Assembly: GCA_051942245.1 (NCBI GenBank)
Contig: JAVECL010000187.1
Span: forward strand, 1-38,335
Length of the DNA: 38,335 nt
DNA from: Trypethelium eluteriae
Lineage: Eukaryota
Reading direction: 5' to 3'
Made by a program: the position numbers and the translations under genes
Notes under the pieces: model-generated
What the model saw: only the letters and a program-made list of their open reading frames with translations
Database searches by the model: none
What the model was told of the DNA's origin: nothing
Shown here: positions 22,905 through 35,400 of the stretch, one piece after another
Position numbering within the stretch: position 1 is the stretch's first letter
Layout: every line of letters starts with the position of its first letter

Positions 22905-24399
22905 TCGTGGTAAAATTGACTTGCAACGCGACTAAACAGCTAAATGCAACCAGATCGAGCTACCCATAGCGGCGTACCACGGACAATAGGAGAATATCTC
23001 GTGAACAGAATCAGAGGAAAATAGAAGCAGCGAACGGAATAAAACTCCGCAATTTCGCCTGCAATGTCTCTTAAATTTCATCTGAAGCTTTAGAAAAATG
23101 GAAAGGTTATGACATGCATGGTAAATTTTTCCCCAGAACTGACGAGGTTTGCCGAGGTTCTCTAGTGCAATTGTTTGATGAGATCATTTGATAAGGTTCA
23201 AATATGCCTCCTGGATGATGTTTTCGACAGTGAGGCTCTGGAGCGAATTTATAGTTCTCCGGAAGGCATGTGTGGCATTCTGAGAGATTTTTGAAGACAG
23301 TCAAGGGACTTTGATAGACCTACGCTTCATACTGTCGAGTGAACAGCTAGAGTTGATTTCCTTGACCACCTTCCTGCACCTACCTAAGGCTCTCAATCTG
23401 TCCACAACAAGCATGCTGTGCAGTATGCACGTTGGAGTAGCAGCGGTGGCAAATGAAGCTATTCGCCACAAAGACAACATAAATCGTCGCAATGTCTTTT
23501 CAGGAAGCAAACTAGTAATCAGACTTGACAGGACTCCTGAAACAGCACGGTGAGCATCAGGTTGCGTCCGAGGCCTAACAATTACATGGGACGGAACGCG
23601 CCGAGCTTACAGCATTTCCCTGCGTCCGACGCCTACTACCCTACACCTAAGTATGGTGGCCTTTATGAAGTTATCTAAGCCTATTCGAGAGATCTGCCCA
23701 AGGATCTTGACGAGTCAAAACCGAAGGTATGACTCCACAATCCTCCAGATTAGCTTCCTAGATAGCGATTTTCATCACTCTGTATGAGAGCACGCTAATG
23801 CAAGTTGTAGACGTCGGGCGCAGAAAGATGCTGTAGTCTTCATTAGTTACGTATATACGACAAAACGAATCGCGAGCGGAGCTCCAGTACTTCGTACTTC
23901 CATCTCTTACCAAGGGAGTGCGCTCTTGAGACGACACGGGGTACCATACCTCCCAGTTCCTCTCCTAATTCCAGGCCATGCATACTCGGGTCCACCGATA
24001 AGGAACTGCAGTAGCGCGTGTTGGCTGTGTACTCGGTACTCCGTACCGCGTATCATAATTCTGAAAGCTTTGACGATATGCTAGTATCCGGGAGGGTCAA
24101 AGGGCGAATCGTTAGCCTCTTATGGTTGATTGGGTGTCGCCCTGTACGTCCCTCTAACGCCCAATTTAATTCTATCACCCTTCTCAGCCCCAGTCGGTTG
24201 ATAGACGAGCCCTCGGAAGCCTATAACTCGCAATTCGACATGTCGCCCAAGGCTGAAACCTTGGCCTCGGCCGTCCTAATGAATACCCTCTTCAACGCTT
24301 CTCTCTTCAACCCTCAGCCTTGTGGCTATTCATCCTCGATCCTAATGCTGCGCTGTACACATAGGACGGGAGAAGGCATCAGAATTCTCTGATAGCACC

Positions 24400-25448
24400 A
24401 TGTCCGATTCTTCTACAACTGCCACGGTCCCTCTCACTACTATCTTCACACCTCCACCGTCATGTTCGTCTGCATGGACCTATGAAGCCGACAGCTATAA
24501 TCTCCTACCATTTACCTTACTACTCCAAAATGCTGTCGATGTCAATACTCCCTGCTTCCCCCCCAACTTCTCCGCCAACGGCCGGGCATTCGCGTTGCAA
24601 GTCTACAGTCCAGGATGGTGTCCACATGGATATACCTCTGCCTCATTCAATGGCTTCAGAGGCACCACTACAGCGGTTTGCTGCCAAAGGTAAGCCTCCT
24701 AATTCTGTGCTCCAAGAGATCCCACTCACATCGTTTCAGCAACTTCTTCTACACGACTAGCACCAGTCCACAAGCCGACGGCAACACGCTCCTGTTCACT
24801 GGCTGTATCAGCTCTTACGGTAGCTCCACTTCTGTCCTCAGTCGCTCGGGCTCCGTCGCCACTGCAAGCGCATCCGTCGGTCCTGGCACCCTCTGGGGCC
24901 AGCCTATTACCGTCATGAACGAAGCCAGCGACCTCTCCCTCTACTCAACAACAACGTCCATAGCAACGACGACCAGTCAAACTGCCATTCCTACTGCAAC
25001 ACGCGCCTCTCCCGCGCAGACCTCCGCGCAGACATCCGCGCAGACCTCCGCTCAGGCCTCTGTCCTTGCCTCCACATCTTCACCGTCCCCTTCCCAGTCT
25101 TCGGGTCTCTCCTCTGGCGCCGCTGCCGGCATCGGTGTCGGCGTCGCCATCGCCGTCATCGCTCTCATCTCACTCGCAGTGTTCTTCTGGTGGCGTAGAA
25201 GACGTGTACGAGAACGGCCTCAGGAGCCCGAGCTCGATGGGCGACAAGTACCTCCTATGAGTGCAACGAGACCGACGATACCGCCACAAGAACTCGACAC
25301 TTCGAATGCGAGACAGGAGCTCGAGGGATCCTATGCCCCGGTCAAGAATGTGCGAGGGAACGAGGAAAATAGGTCACCCCATGAACACACTCGAGCGCAG
25401 GGATGGAGACCGAAGACAATAGGACCGCCGAGCGAGTTACCCACGTGA
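24400..25448 (+). CDS. Single-pass membrane protein: Cys-containing N-terminal domain, S/T-rich stalk, TM helix, cytoplasmic ELD/ELE/ELP repeats (Mid2-like sensor architecture); 2 exons
   Basis: Exons 24400-24689 and 24740-25448 (GTAAGC..CAG). Motifs: PLTTIFTPPPSC, YSPGWCPHGY, TTAVCC, GLSSGAAAGIGVGVAIAVIALISLAVFFWWRRRR, PELDG/QELDT/QELEG/SELP. Confidence 0.8.
25011..25056 (+). repeat. Coding 12-nt tandem repeat (about 3.5 copies, encoding AQTS units)
   Basis: cccgcgcaga-cctccgcgcaga-catccgcgcaga-cctccgctcagg, translating to PAQTSAQTSAQTSAQ. Confidence 0.7.
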
Positions 25449-25770
25449 GAGTCCTGTGGTCTCAAAAACAAAAACTTTCGATTCAGATAATGTAAATATG
25501 GAATGTACAATAATAGTTTTCAATATCCATTGGAAAGCGTTATCAAGTGGAGCATAGAGCCCGATACGAGCTATTAAAAATCAGTGAACCATATCCAGAG
25601 CCGGAAAGTGGCCTTTATGTGTACTCCAATGAACCCGGCAAGGGACTCAGAAAAGGGCGGTAACTTTGTATTCAAGATAAAGTCCTAGATTCAAGTTCCA
25701 GACTGCCTAAGATTAATAAGGGATCATTTCAGCTGGATTTCATAGATCAGAAATAGGGGATTGGCAACTA

Positions 25771-25951
25771 CCTTACCGCGGAGTGGGGGGTTTTCAACTG
25801 GTAATAAATACAATGTTAACTTGATTTTGCAGTCATGACCATATTGGGCCATGTCAACGCCACCTTAACATGGGCCAACATGGTCACAACAGTAAAGTTG
25901 AAACAACATTTTGTATATTACCGTTTGAGGAGCCCCCCGACCGCGGTAAGG
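25771..25951. mobile_element. 181-bp foldback MITE (non-autonomous, Tc1/mariner-like TA target site)
   Basis: TA|CCTTACCGCGG...CCGCGGTAAGG|TA. Perfect 11-bp terminal inverted repeats extend as about 84-bp imperfect arms (about 73% complementary), with TA on both sides (25769-70, 25952-53). No ORF. Confidence 0.85.
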
Positions 25952-26294
25952 TAATTATGTAAGACTGGTATTGCGGCACTGGTCATCGGGTAAAGGACAT
26001 CTCAAGCCCAGCCATCTGTGAATTCTTCGTCTTAGAGACGATGCGCATAGCTCCTTTGCCTCATTCATCGTAAACATCAGAATTCGCAGTGTGATGCTCT
26101 GCCGATCCTCTATGATTGTTTATGTCAAACACTAGCAGAGATAGTCACCGCTCAAAAAGATGCGCTAGAAGTACCTTAGTGTCTCCTTGTTTACTGGATC
26201 TATTGCCGAACAGTGCCTCTGGGAGTATCATGCAACACAAAAAAGAGATAATTCACGCCATCTGTGACAAGTCCGCGGGTGGAACACCTCTCTT

Positions 26295-27172
26295 TCATGG
26301 TTTGGGAATATGTAATGTCTTGCTGACCATAAGACACCCATGCCCGACAAAGAGGAAAACAATAGGATGGAACTCGAATAGACTGCCCTGCAACATTGTC
26401 CCGAAGGGCACATTCTCATGTACCCAGCCTTGCGAAACCCAGTAGGCCATGAGCGCAGCTATTGAGAGTGACGTCGGGATCGGCGTCCCTTCGAAGAATT
26501 TCGATTTGCCAGTTGCATCTTTTGGTAGCGTCGAAACGGTGACGTTGAAACGTGCCAGGCGAGTGAGACCACAAAGAACGAAGAAAGTGAGCAGGAGATG
26601 GTCAAGTGGCGTACGCAGCCCGATCGCGAATGCAGTCGCTGCAGGGGAAATACCAAATGACACCTGCCTTTCAGGTTAGAGACCCTTACATGATTTTGAA
26701 TTGAAGGTAGAATGTACCAGGTCTGCAAGGGAGTCCAGTTCCTGTCCCATTAATGAAGACTTCTTCCTCCATCTTGCCACTCTTCCATCCATGAAGTCGA
26801 AGAAGAGGCCGACTGGCATGAAGGCCAGAGCAGCCCAGAGGTTTCCATAATCGGTTGGTGAGCCTATACAATAGCGCAACGCAGAGAAAATAGACATGAC
26901 ACCACAGAAGCCTTTCTGTATTAGCAGCGGTCGAATGAATCCTCTCGTTGATTTCTCTTTTACCATTAAGCTCAGTGACGAGGTCAGCCAGATGAAGTGC
27001 TCTGACCATGGAGAAATGTCCGTTGTCTTCAGCCAGCAACCTGGCTTGCTTTTTCTGGGCTTCGAAGTTTTTAGCACAGTCCCAGAACTGAGTGGGAGTA
27101 CCTACGGTCTTCCCGAGCACCGTCTGTATTCTCCTTCACATCGCCATTGGTGGCATTCACTCTGCGAGACAT
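26295..27172 (-). CDS. CHO1: CDP-diacylglycerol--serine O-phosphatidyltransferase (phosphatidylserine synthase); 4 exons
   Basis: [28 protein letters not shown]-alcohol phosphotransferase motif [44 protein letters not shown], terminal [14 protein letters not shown] at 27172. Confidence 0.93.
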
Positions 27173-27971
27173 ATCCCACGGCTGTGAACTGCCTCTTTTC
27201 AGCGTTGTGTCTTTTCGTTCACGGCAGAAACCTCTAGAATAGGTTATCGAAGACGGAATCACCGTATATGGGAGTAGCAAAAGTGCTAGTAAAAGGCGGA
27301 AACCAAGTAATAGAGAAAAGAGATCTTGTTTTAGAGTCGCGCTTGCAATTTTGGTGTTCTTGGAAACGCTCCCGAACCGACGTCATCGGTCTAGAATCCA
27401 TTCGGCTGTTTGCAGGAAGCACAAACTCAGATTGCTGCAACTGCGTCCATTTTGAATACATGAGGGTAAGGTAGGAGGTACATTGCCCTGTAAAACTTAT
27501 TTTACGACGTCTCCTCGTTTTCTGAATTACAGGTAGCGTGAACATGGCTCTTCCGAATCGACTTGACGGCAGGCTTCATGTAGACTACGAGATACGCTCC
27601 TGAGAGCCCAAGCAGCCCATGGGTTCACGACAATAAGCACTCGAATTGGTGCTTATTGTCCTGTCCCAATGGGCAGCTTGAGCTCTCAGAAGCCTCTCGA
27701 GTGGGTTAATATGGTTCAATATTGAACCTGGCATCACGTTACGGCTTGACGCTCTTTGCAATGGGAAATGCCAGAGTGTCATTGCAGATTTGCTTCATAT
27801 GCTCAAGTCGCTATTGGGGTATCTGTGCAGAATCCCTTCCCAATTCCATCCTTCCTCCAACGCCGTAACATGTCTGATGATGACTTTTGCCGCCGAGCAA
27901 GTCAAGCACTGAGCACGACTCGCTGGGATTTTTCCTTGAACGCCGAGTGAAACCATGCTCCATGATGCGAC

Positions 27972-28847
27972 TTAGCGACGGCCAGGGCCGCTGAACCCCC
28001 TTCCACCACGACCTCCCCCACGACCGCCTCGGTTGGGTGTGAATCCTCCACCGCCACGACCACGAGGAGCCCCACCACGAAATCCACCTCTGCCACCAAA
28101 ACCACCACGGCCACGCGGTCCTCCACGACCACCTCGTGCGCCGCCGCGCTCGCCCTTGGGTTTCTTGGCCTTCGGAGCGCCTGTAGATATCAGTCAGTGT
28201 CCGAATCTGGGGTATGATTACTCGTTGGGGAGTATACCTGGAGGTGGTTCAGGCTTGGGGAGGAATCTAAAATAATTAGCACATCTGGTAGACTAGATGT
28301 TTTCTGACAGCAACTAACCTTTCGATTGGCAAGAGTTTCTCGGGAGCCATATAGAATTTATCTTCAAGTTTGAATGACTTTGCTTGGATGCCGGAGGATG
28401 GCTTCACCGTGAAGAGTGTGCTGCTGATAGATCCGAGGATCTCTTCGATGCGGCCAACGGAGGTCTGTAAGGGTCATCAATTAGGTGTGGCAACGTTCGA
28501 AGTGATTGAAACTTTGCACACCTTATTCTCGAGATAGACGAACCCATTGAACATGGGAATCTTTGCTTGGTTGATCAAGCGACAGAGCATTTCGCCCTCG
28601 ACTTCGTGCATGAAGCTTCCGACCGCTGTCTTCTATGAGCGAGACATGATGATTCAGAGTCTTGTTCACATACCAACGATCGTATCTGGAGGGCCGAAGC
28701 TCGGTTGAAAACCACCACCACGACCTAGATCGAATATTAGTGGTGGGCTTTCGCATCTTCAAAGGTCAACAAACCGCCGCGACCACCGCCGCGCGAGAAG
28801 CCTCGACCGCCACCGCCACTGAAATTGCCACGACCGCGTTGGGACAT
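27972..28847 (-). CDS. GAR1: H/ACA snoRNP subunit Gar1; multi-exon
   Basis: RGG-rich N-terminus (MSQRGRGNFSGGGGRG) and C-terminus (..GGRGFSGPGRR*). Core: FGPPDTIV, FMHEVEGEMLCRL, KIPMFNGFVYLENK, VGRIEEILG, FYMAPEKLLPIER/FLP. Confidence 0.92.
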
Positions 28848-29208
28848 GCTGCTCGCGATGTACACGCGTCGTGCTTCACGATCTTTGCTCCGTGGTATGA
28901 TAGAAAGAGTAGCGCCGCGGTGGAGAGTTTGGAGCAAGACCTTAAGTGAAGCTTTCGGCCGCCTTTAGAGCCAATCAGCATCGGTAAAGCCCGCCGGACA
29001 AACTATATTCCTGGCATATGACTCGCATGCAAGACCCATATAGAGTCACCCCACAATTCGTGTTCAGTGGGCATCATCCATAGTACTAATTTCATTCAAT
29101 GACACAAAGTGGCTGACTTGACACTGGTTGAATGACAAGTATCCTTGAGTGCTGTTCTCGAACTTCTACGATTGCCCTACTGTTTCTGTCAATTGGAAGC
29201 AATTGGAA

Positions 29209-31837
29209 ATGGAGACCGCAAAAGACGTTGTAGATGGCGTCAAAGACGCTGCTGAAGGTGTCAAAAATATGAGCGTCTCAGACAAACAGAAGAGTGGCAA
29301 GAAAGATAAGAAAAAGGATGCTGAAACTGGGACTGGATCCAAGCGTCCACTGGAATTGCAACCTCGGCCAGAATATCTTGACCACCGTCTCAAGGTCTTT
29401 GACGCCGTGAAAGCTCGACAGGATGAGGAACTCGCAAAGAAGCCCCAGGAACCCATCAATGTCACTCTCGACAACGGACGTATTGAAATCGGACAATCAT
29501 GGATTACAAAGCCGGGCGATATTGCCAGATCTATTAGCAAGTCTTTGTATGAACGTACGGTGATAGCAAGAGTCGATGGTAACCTATGGGACTTAGAACG
29601 ACCATTAGAGGAGAGCTGCCGGCTAGAACTTCTGGATTTTGAGCATCCAGAAGGAAAAAAGGTCTTCTGGCACAGCAGTGCCCATGTACTGGGAGAAGCT
29701 TCGGAACGAAGGTTCGGCTGCGATCTGTGCAATGGACCACCGATCGATACTGGATTCTATTATGATATGGCGTTGCCAAACTCAGAAGTAGTGCAGACCT
29801 CAGACTGGAAGCCATTGGTGGATATAGCACAGAAAGCTATCAAGGATAAAGCTCCCTTCCAAAGGCTGACCCTGACGAAAGCGGAACTACAAGAAATGTT
29901 CAAGAACAACAAGTACAAGCTTCATCTTATTGACCAAAGAATTAAGGATGGAGAGAGCACTACTGTATACCGCTCGGGAGTTTTTATTGACTTGTGCCGG
30001 GGACCACATGTTCCCAACACTGGTCGTATAAAGTCCTTTGACATTCTTCGTTCATCGGCTTCTTACTTCCTCGGAGACCAGAATAACGACTCTGTACAGC
30101 GAATTTATGGGGTCTCCTTTCCGGATAAGAAGCAAATGGAAGAACACAAGAAATATCTTGAGGAGGCCGCAAAGCGAGATCACCGAAAAATTGGCAAAGA
30201 CCAAGAACTCTTTTTCTTCCATGAGCAATCCCCCGGCTCTTGCTTCTTCCTTCCTCATGGCACGATAATTCTGAACTCTCTCATGAAATTCCTTAGGAGC
30301 GAATATTGGCAAAGAGGCTACCAGGAAGTACAATCTCCGAATGCATTCAATTCCGATCTTTGGAAACGTAGCGGACATTGGGCACATTACAAAGATGATG
30401 GAAGTATTCTCCTACAATATGTAGAGCTAGACGTCGCTAATTGTGTAGATGTTCACGTTCGAGATCGAGAAAGACCAGTGGGCACTGAAGCCAATGAATT
30501 GCCCTGGGCATTGTCTTGTGTTCGGGCACCGAGAACGCTCATATCGCGAGCTACCTATTCGAATGGCGGAATTCGGTGTCCTCCATCGCAATGAGGCTTC
30601 GGGAGCACTTAGTGGTCTGACCAGAGTGAGAAGATTTGTGCAGGACGACACCCATATTTTCTGCACCGACGACCAAATTGAAGAAGAGATTCAGGGGTTA
30701 TTCGACTTCTTGCGTACTGTATACGGAAGATTTGGCTTCACGTTCAAGTTGAAGCTGTCCACTCGCCCCGATCAATTTCTAGGCGAAATTTCAGCGTGGG
30801 ACGTCGCGGAGGAAAGGCTCAAAAAGGCACTGGACGAGTTCACCGCCAAGGGTGGTTCCTCGTGGGAACTTAATCCAGGAGATGGCGCATTCTATGGACC
30901 TAAGATTGATGTTACAATTTCAGACGCCTTGAAGCGCGACTTTCAATGTGCCACGATCCAGGTTCGTTCTACTCCCTGCCCTCCATATCGCTTTCCCTTC
31001 ACCCTGCCTCCCTTTTTTCTGGTGTGTATGCAAGACAATACCAAGTTCTGAAAATTTGAGATATAGCTCGACTTCCAATTACCCCAGCAATTCAACCTCG
31101 AGTACATGAAGCCCGAAGGTTCCGCTGGATCGAAAGAGAAAACCGAGGACACCACTGCACATGAAGTCCCTAAACCTGCAACGGAAGCAGCAGCGGAACA
31201 GAAGAAAGAGCAATACCGAAAACCCTTGACTGCAGGGTGTGCACGTCCAGTTATGATCCACCGAGCCATCTGTGGCAGTTTCGAGCGCTTCGTAAGTTCT
31301 CTCCCTTGTATCATCCGAACGAATCCTGACTCACCTTAACTCCAAGATCGCGATCTTAACGGAGCACTTCGCTGGTAAATGGCCATTCTGGCTGAGTCCA
31401 AGACAGATACTGGTCGTGCCAGTGATGCCTTCAGCAAACGATTACGTTTTGGAAGTGCAGAGGATTTTCAGGCAGAGGGAGATGCATGCAGATGTTGATA
31501 TAAGTGGCAACACTTTGCAGAAGCAAGTACTCGCTATGAGGTAGTCGAATTCAACATCATGACTGACTAGCCAATCACTCTTTAGGAAAATTCGCAGTGG
31601 CCAACTTCAGCAGTACAACTTTATCTTCGGTAAGCGCCTGTAAGCGGACCTATTAATTTCACCACTTGCTAACTATCAACAGTTGTTGGCGCCCAGGAGA
31701 AGGACAGTCGTACCGTCAATATCCGAAACCGAGATGATCAGTCCACGCAGGCGAAGGGTGAACTCGTTCCCCTTGATGTTGCAATCGAGCAGTTGTGTGC
31801 ACTACGGGATAAGCGAGAACTTGTCAACGCGATTTAA
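29209..31837 (+). CDS. THS1: Threonyl-tRNA synthetase (eukaryotic cytosolic type); 6 exons, two with non-canonical 5' splice sites
   Basis: TGS domain (LWDLERPLE), [83 protein letters not shown]. Exons 29209-30399, 30449-30961, 31067-31291, 31347-31522, 31586-31629, 31683-31837. Confidence 0.95.
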
Positions 31838-32487
31838 TGAGCAACTTGTGTGGGCAGGGCATGCATCAGATCTTTAGCATTAGGCGTCAGGATTGAATTC
31901 GAGGCGTCGATACGGTACAGGATGAAAACTGCAAGCAGCCGTGCTGGTTACACAACACACCTCAGGCAATGTAGGCGAGAATCACGTGGACTAGAGCACC
32001 TCACTTCTGCACCTCTCCAGCTCTTTTCACATCTTCACTTTCCACTTTTCTTCTGCTGCTAGTGCAGGCTACATATCAATCATGGTGAGGAGCTGATTGG
32101 TCCATAAATTATAAAAAATGTTCGATCTCACTACTGCATTGCTATACACACAGTGAGTCGCAGGAACGACACCCCCGCGACTCACGATCCACCCACACCG
32201 CCCTCTACTAGAATGCTTTCCTTCACTTTGCGTATTCACCTCACTTTCGTTTAAGTGCCTTCGGTTTACTTCCGGGTCCTTTCTCGCTCTTTTGATCAAC
32301 CACTTCGCACTCTCTTTATTCACATTCCGCTGCAAATAAAATCCAATCTCAGTCCGACCCTATCTCCTCTAACCCTGTTCTGGGTTTTGCCATTCTTCAA
32401 AGGCCACGGTAAGGTCGACCACTCGACCTTGGCATTTCAGATCATCCTCGGAGTGAAACTTCTTCTTGTTGGCTCGGTCATGCCATC

Positions 32488-35400
32488 ATGGATGTCTTCA
32501 TCCGAGGTCTTCCTGTGCAAAGCACATTGAAAGACCTGGAGAATTCTCTCCGAGATCCACTCCGAGTACTAGGAATTGAAGCCTACCATTGCATCAAAAT
32601 GGGAGGCAAAGGCTGCGCAATAATCACCTTTCTGCATCACATCCAAGCAAACCGTTTCTTGGAAAAGCACGGTACACCGCAGCACAGTCGTCAAAGCCGA
32701 CCTCGCGAACAGCTGAAAGTCCAAGGCAGATATATAAATTGCCATGAAAGCAACAGTGCTCCTGACGAGTTTATTATTCGCAGCCTGAAGTCAACCGAGT
32801 CTCGAAAAAGTACTGCCGACTCCAAGACGACTGCATCATCTAATGTGAACTCGTATCCAGTTGACGACACAAGATCTTCAAGGACGTTTGCCATGAGCTC
32901 TTTAGCGTGCGGATCGTTGGAGTTTGTCGCTCAGAGCCCTGTGTTCATATCGCACTTTCATGACAACAGAGCTGGAAACATCACCTTCGGAAACAAAGCG
33001 CTGGCAGTGAACTTCACTTCCTTCACGCCCCTCCAGGCCGAGCGTATTCTGATACCCTACTACAGCATTGAAATCATTGGCACCGGAACATACAGCAACC
33101 CAGCCCTTACTTTATCACTTCGATGGGCGCCGCGGTTCTATAACCAGTGTAGTATGACTTCAATGGAGGCAATTTCACAACTCGGACTCGCTATCCTTTT
33201 AAACCAAGGAAACCCACCTACCAAACGTTCCCGAATAACGAGCATGGATCTTAGTCACGCCCATGTTGCGGACAGCTGTTTTGTGTATCGTATCCAGCTC
33301 GCAGATCTCTTTGACGTACCTAGGATCCACCAAATGCTACAAAGAGATCAGTCCCCGCCCTCAAACCTACCTTGGGTACCCAGAAATCTTGCACCTCGGG
33401 TACCCCTGGAGGTACAACTCAAGTATCTCAGTGACCAACTTGCGGTAGGCCAACAATATATTAGTCTGGACTTTGGGATCAAATTCCAAGCGCAGCGGCT
33501 GGCTCAAAATGGCTACCTTCCACCAATGCAAGTCGTCGAACTCTTGCCGAAGATTGTATCCATTGCTCGTTCGCAGGGCAATGAGAGGACTGCAGAAGCT
33601 TTAAGGATGTTAGCTAGGGAGCTCCCGTTCGTCGGACCTCATACCTCCCCTGACGATTTCTCAAAATCGACGCTCGAGGAGAGAATTGCCGATTATGCTG
33701 AGAACTATACCAACGTGAACTCGGTCTATGCAGTCAACAAGCGTCATGCTCATATTGTTCTCATCTATCGTGCCGCAGTCACTCCGGCTGGAATCTACCT
33801 GGAGGGCCCAGATCAAGATACCACGAATCGTGTTCTGCGCAAGTATCCCGAGGATATTGACCATTTCATGCGCGTTGAGTTCATGGATGAAGATGGGGAG
33901 AAAATCAGGTTCGAAAGAAGAGTCTCATATGACCATATCTTTCATGGTCGCTTCAAGGGTGTTCTTGCCGATGGTGTCAGTGTGGCTGGAAGGAGATATC
34001 ACTTTCTCGGCTTTTCTCATTCTTCTCTGAGGCAGCAATCGGCTTGGTTTATTCATCCTTTCTTCGACAAAGCCATTAACAACGTCACTGTCCCTGCAGT
34101 CATCATTAGAGGACTAGGTGAATTCAGTAACATTCGCTCTCCTGCCAAGTGCGCAGCTAGGATTGGACAAGCCTTCACAGACACAACAAGCTCCATTCAC
34201 ATAGGTCAAAAAGGTTACAATGTGGTCGAAGATATTGAGAGGAAGGAATATGTCATCAAGGACGGTCAAATTGAGCCTTTGGACCGTAACTTTAGCGATG
34301 GCGTGGGTACAATATCTTGGAGCCTCTTACGTCGTATCTGGCGTGAGCATAAGCTATCGCGAACACTGAAACCTACACTGTTTCAGATCCGCTTTGGTGG
34401 TGAGCTGCATTGGGTGTTATTCATCTCTGTCAGATTGCTAACTTTGAACAGGTGCGAAAGGGATGATCTCTTTGGACACTCGACTCGAGGGTGAGGTTCT
34501 CAATCTGCGCAAATCCATGATCAAGTTTGAGTCAAAAGAGGACTGGGATCTGGAAATTTGTGGTGAAGCGACCAGGCCACTTCCAATGTTCCTCAACCGG
34601 CCTCTCATAAAGATCCTAGAAGATCTTGGTGTTGAAGCTCAGGCCTTCCTTGGACTCCAGACGGAAAGGATCAATGAGCTACGAACACTAATGACTCACC
34701 CCATCAACGCCGAGAGGTTCCTCGAAGAGAATCATATTGGACGGAGTTCTCAGATACCCTCGTTGATTCGCATGCTCAATGAGATCGACCTTGTCTATCA
34801 AGCTGACGAATTTTTAACCCGGTTTGTTGAGATGGCAATCATCTATCAACTGCGCGAGATGAAGTATCGAGGTCGCATCCGGCTCGACAAGACACAAGGT
34901 GTCACCCTGTACGGGATCATGGATGAAACTGGATATCTCAACGAGGGAGAGATATATGTACCGATCGAGCGTAAAGGTGAAGGTAGATCAGTCCTGACTG
35001 ACGGAAAAGTAGCTATCACGAGGTCGCCAGCCATGCATCCAGGTGACGTGCAGTTGGTCCATGCAGTTGATGTCCCTCAGGACTCTCCACTCAACGCTCT
35101 GTACAACTGCGTCGTCTTCAGCTCGAAAGGTACGCGTGATCTTCCAAGCCAGCTCAGCGGCGGTGATCTCGATGGTGACCAGTATCACATCATCTTCGCA
35201 CAGCAGCTTTTACCTACGCGGACCTATTCTGCGGCCAATTATCCCAGGATGGCTCCTGCAGATATCAATCGTGCTGTTGAGATTCCAGACATGACAAATT
35301 TCTTTATTGAATTCATGGAAAATGATCGACTTGGACAGATTAGCAACATGCACATGCAATTGGCGGATCAGAAAACACTTGGCGTACTGGATGAAGATTG

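Noticed and set aside
21140..24390. Short ORFs in the long SLM1-upstream intergenic region
   Set aside because: No recognisable domains or consistent splice structure; only the half-MITE is supported.
28033..28275. Pro/Arg-rich plus-strand ORF
   Set aside because: Antisense of the Gar1 RGG tail.
29149..29208. GTG-initiated N-terminal extension of ThrRS as a mitochondrial presequence
   Set aside because: Only 20 codons, contains acidic residues and no Arg; not presequence-like.
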